Positions 36,580 through 36,767 of a DNA stretch of 36,767 nucleotides are shown here, one piece after another. The position numbers were made by a program, and so were the translations under genes. The stretch's first letter is position 1, and each line of letters opens with the position of its first letter. Origin of the DNA: Candidatus Sifarchaeum subterraneum (GTDB taxonomy: Archaea > Asgardarchaeota > Sifarchaeia > Sifarchaeales > Sifarchaeaceae); contig JAECRX010000053.1 of assembly GCA_016292335.1 (NCBI GenBank), positions 1 through 36,767 of the forward strand, read 5' to 3'. The notes under the pieces are model-generated. The model had not been told where the DNA came from. It searched no databases and saw nothing but the letters and a program-made list of their open reading frames with translations.

Positions 36580-36767
36580 ATGATAGATACGCAAAAGGGT
36601 GAAACCTTTGAAGTAAGAGATACGTCTCTTGCATCTCAAGGACATGATACTATTGAATGGACAGAAAGTCGGATGCCAGTTCTCATGAGGATACGTGAGC
36701 GGTTCGAAAAAGAAAAGCCTCTCAGTGGTGCAAAAGTGGGAGCGTGTCTTCACGTAACCAAGGAGAC
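36580..36767 (+). CDS. ahcY: S-adenosyl-L-homocysteine hydrolase, 5' end (runs off the window)
   Basis: ...FEVRDTSLASQGHDTIEWTESRMPVLMRIRERFEKEKPLSGAKVGACLHVTKE matches the AhcY N-terminus (kV.D..LA..G...i.wAe.eMP.Lm.iR..f...kPl.Ga.i..cLHvT..T). GGAGGG lies 10 nt upstream; an in-frame ATG also exists at 36562. Confidence 0.85.
   Translation, partial: MIDTQKGETFEVRDTSLASQGHDTIEWTESRMPVLMRIRERFEKEKPLSGAKVGACLHVTKE

Overview
AT-rich archaeal chromosomal segment. By eye it is roughly one-third G+C, and the rRNA and tRNA genes stand out as GC-rich. The window opens inside a 23S rRNA gene (1 to ~2630, + strand) and then carries about 40 tightly packed genes, mostly housekeeping. These include an inositol-monophosphatase-family protein convergent with an APS-kinase-like P-loop kinase, a LURP-one/DUF567-like protein, a SAM methyltransferase and a Roadblock/LC7 protein. 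A block of orphan proteins follows at 7.5-11.75 kb. Four tetrahydromethanopterin C1-pathway genes come next (mch, an isolated fwdC-like gene, mtd, ftr), then a VIT1/CCC1 transporter and orc1/cdc6 overlapping a small ArsR-type wHTH gene. The second half is information-processing: ABCE1, Rio1 kinase plus a KH (Dim2/Pno1-like) protein, topoisomerase VI B and A, and an operon of RPA32-like OB/wH protein, aIF2-beta, DUF424-like protein, NMD3 and aIF1A. It ends with MTAP, a GTPBP1-like GTPase, a tandem Lrp/AsnC regulator and the 5' end of ahcY. I found no CRISPR array, defence island or prophage. I cannot point to a clear-cut novel multi-gene system. The findings I consider most solid or interesting are listed here. 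(1) A tRNA-Asn(GUU) gene split by three introns. (2) A 79-nt intergenic element present twice, at 7362-7440 and 24811-24889, with 61/79 identity. (3) Two GC-elevated, stop-riddled relics of IS200/IS605-type tnpB. (4) AU-rich insertions in the 23S rRNA. (5) 7-2-7 palindromes sharing a TCACTCT/AGAGTGA core, both in the divergent fwdC/mtd promoter region and upstream of orc1/cdc6. (6) The orphan gene block next to the Roadblock gene. The lineage cannot be fixed without a search. The gene content (H4MPT genes plus a eukaryote-like translation and ribosome-biogenesis set, Roadblock, multi-intron tRNA) fits an uncultured AT-rich archaeon, possibly Asgard-like, but the helix-98 region of the 23S is short, which argues against a Loki/Heimdall-type supersized ES39. 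Many genes appear to start with TTG or GTG preceded by GGAG-type Shine-Dalgarno motifs, so several start coordinates are best guesses.
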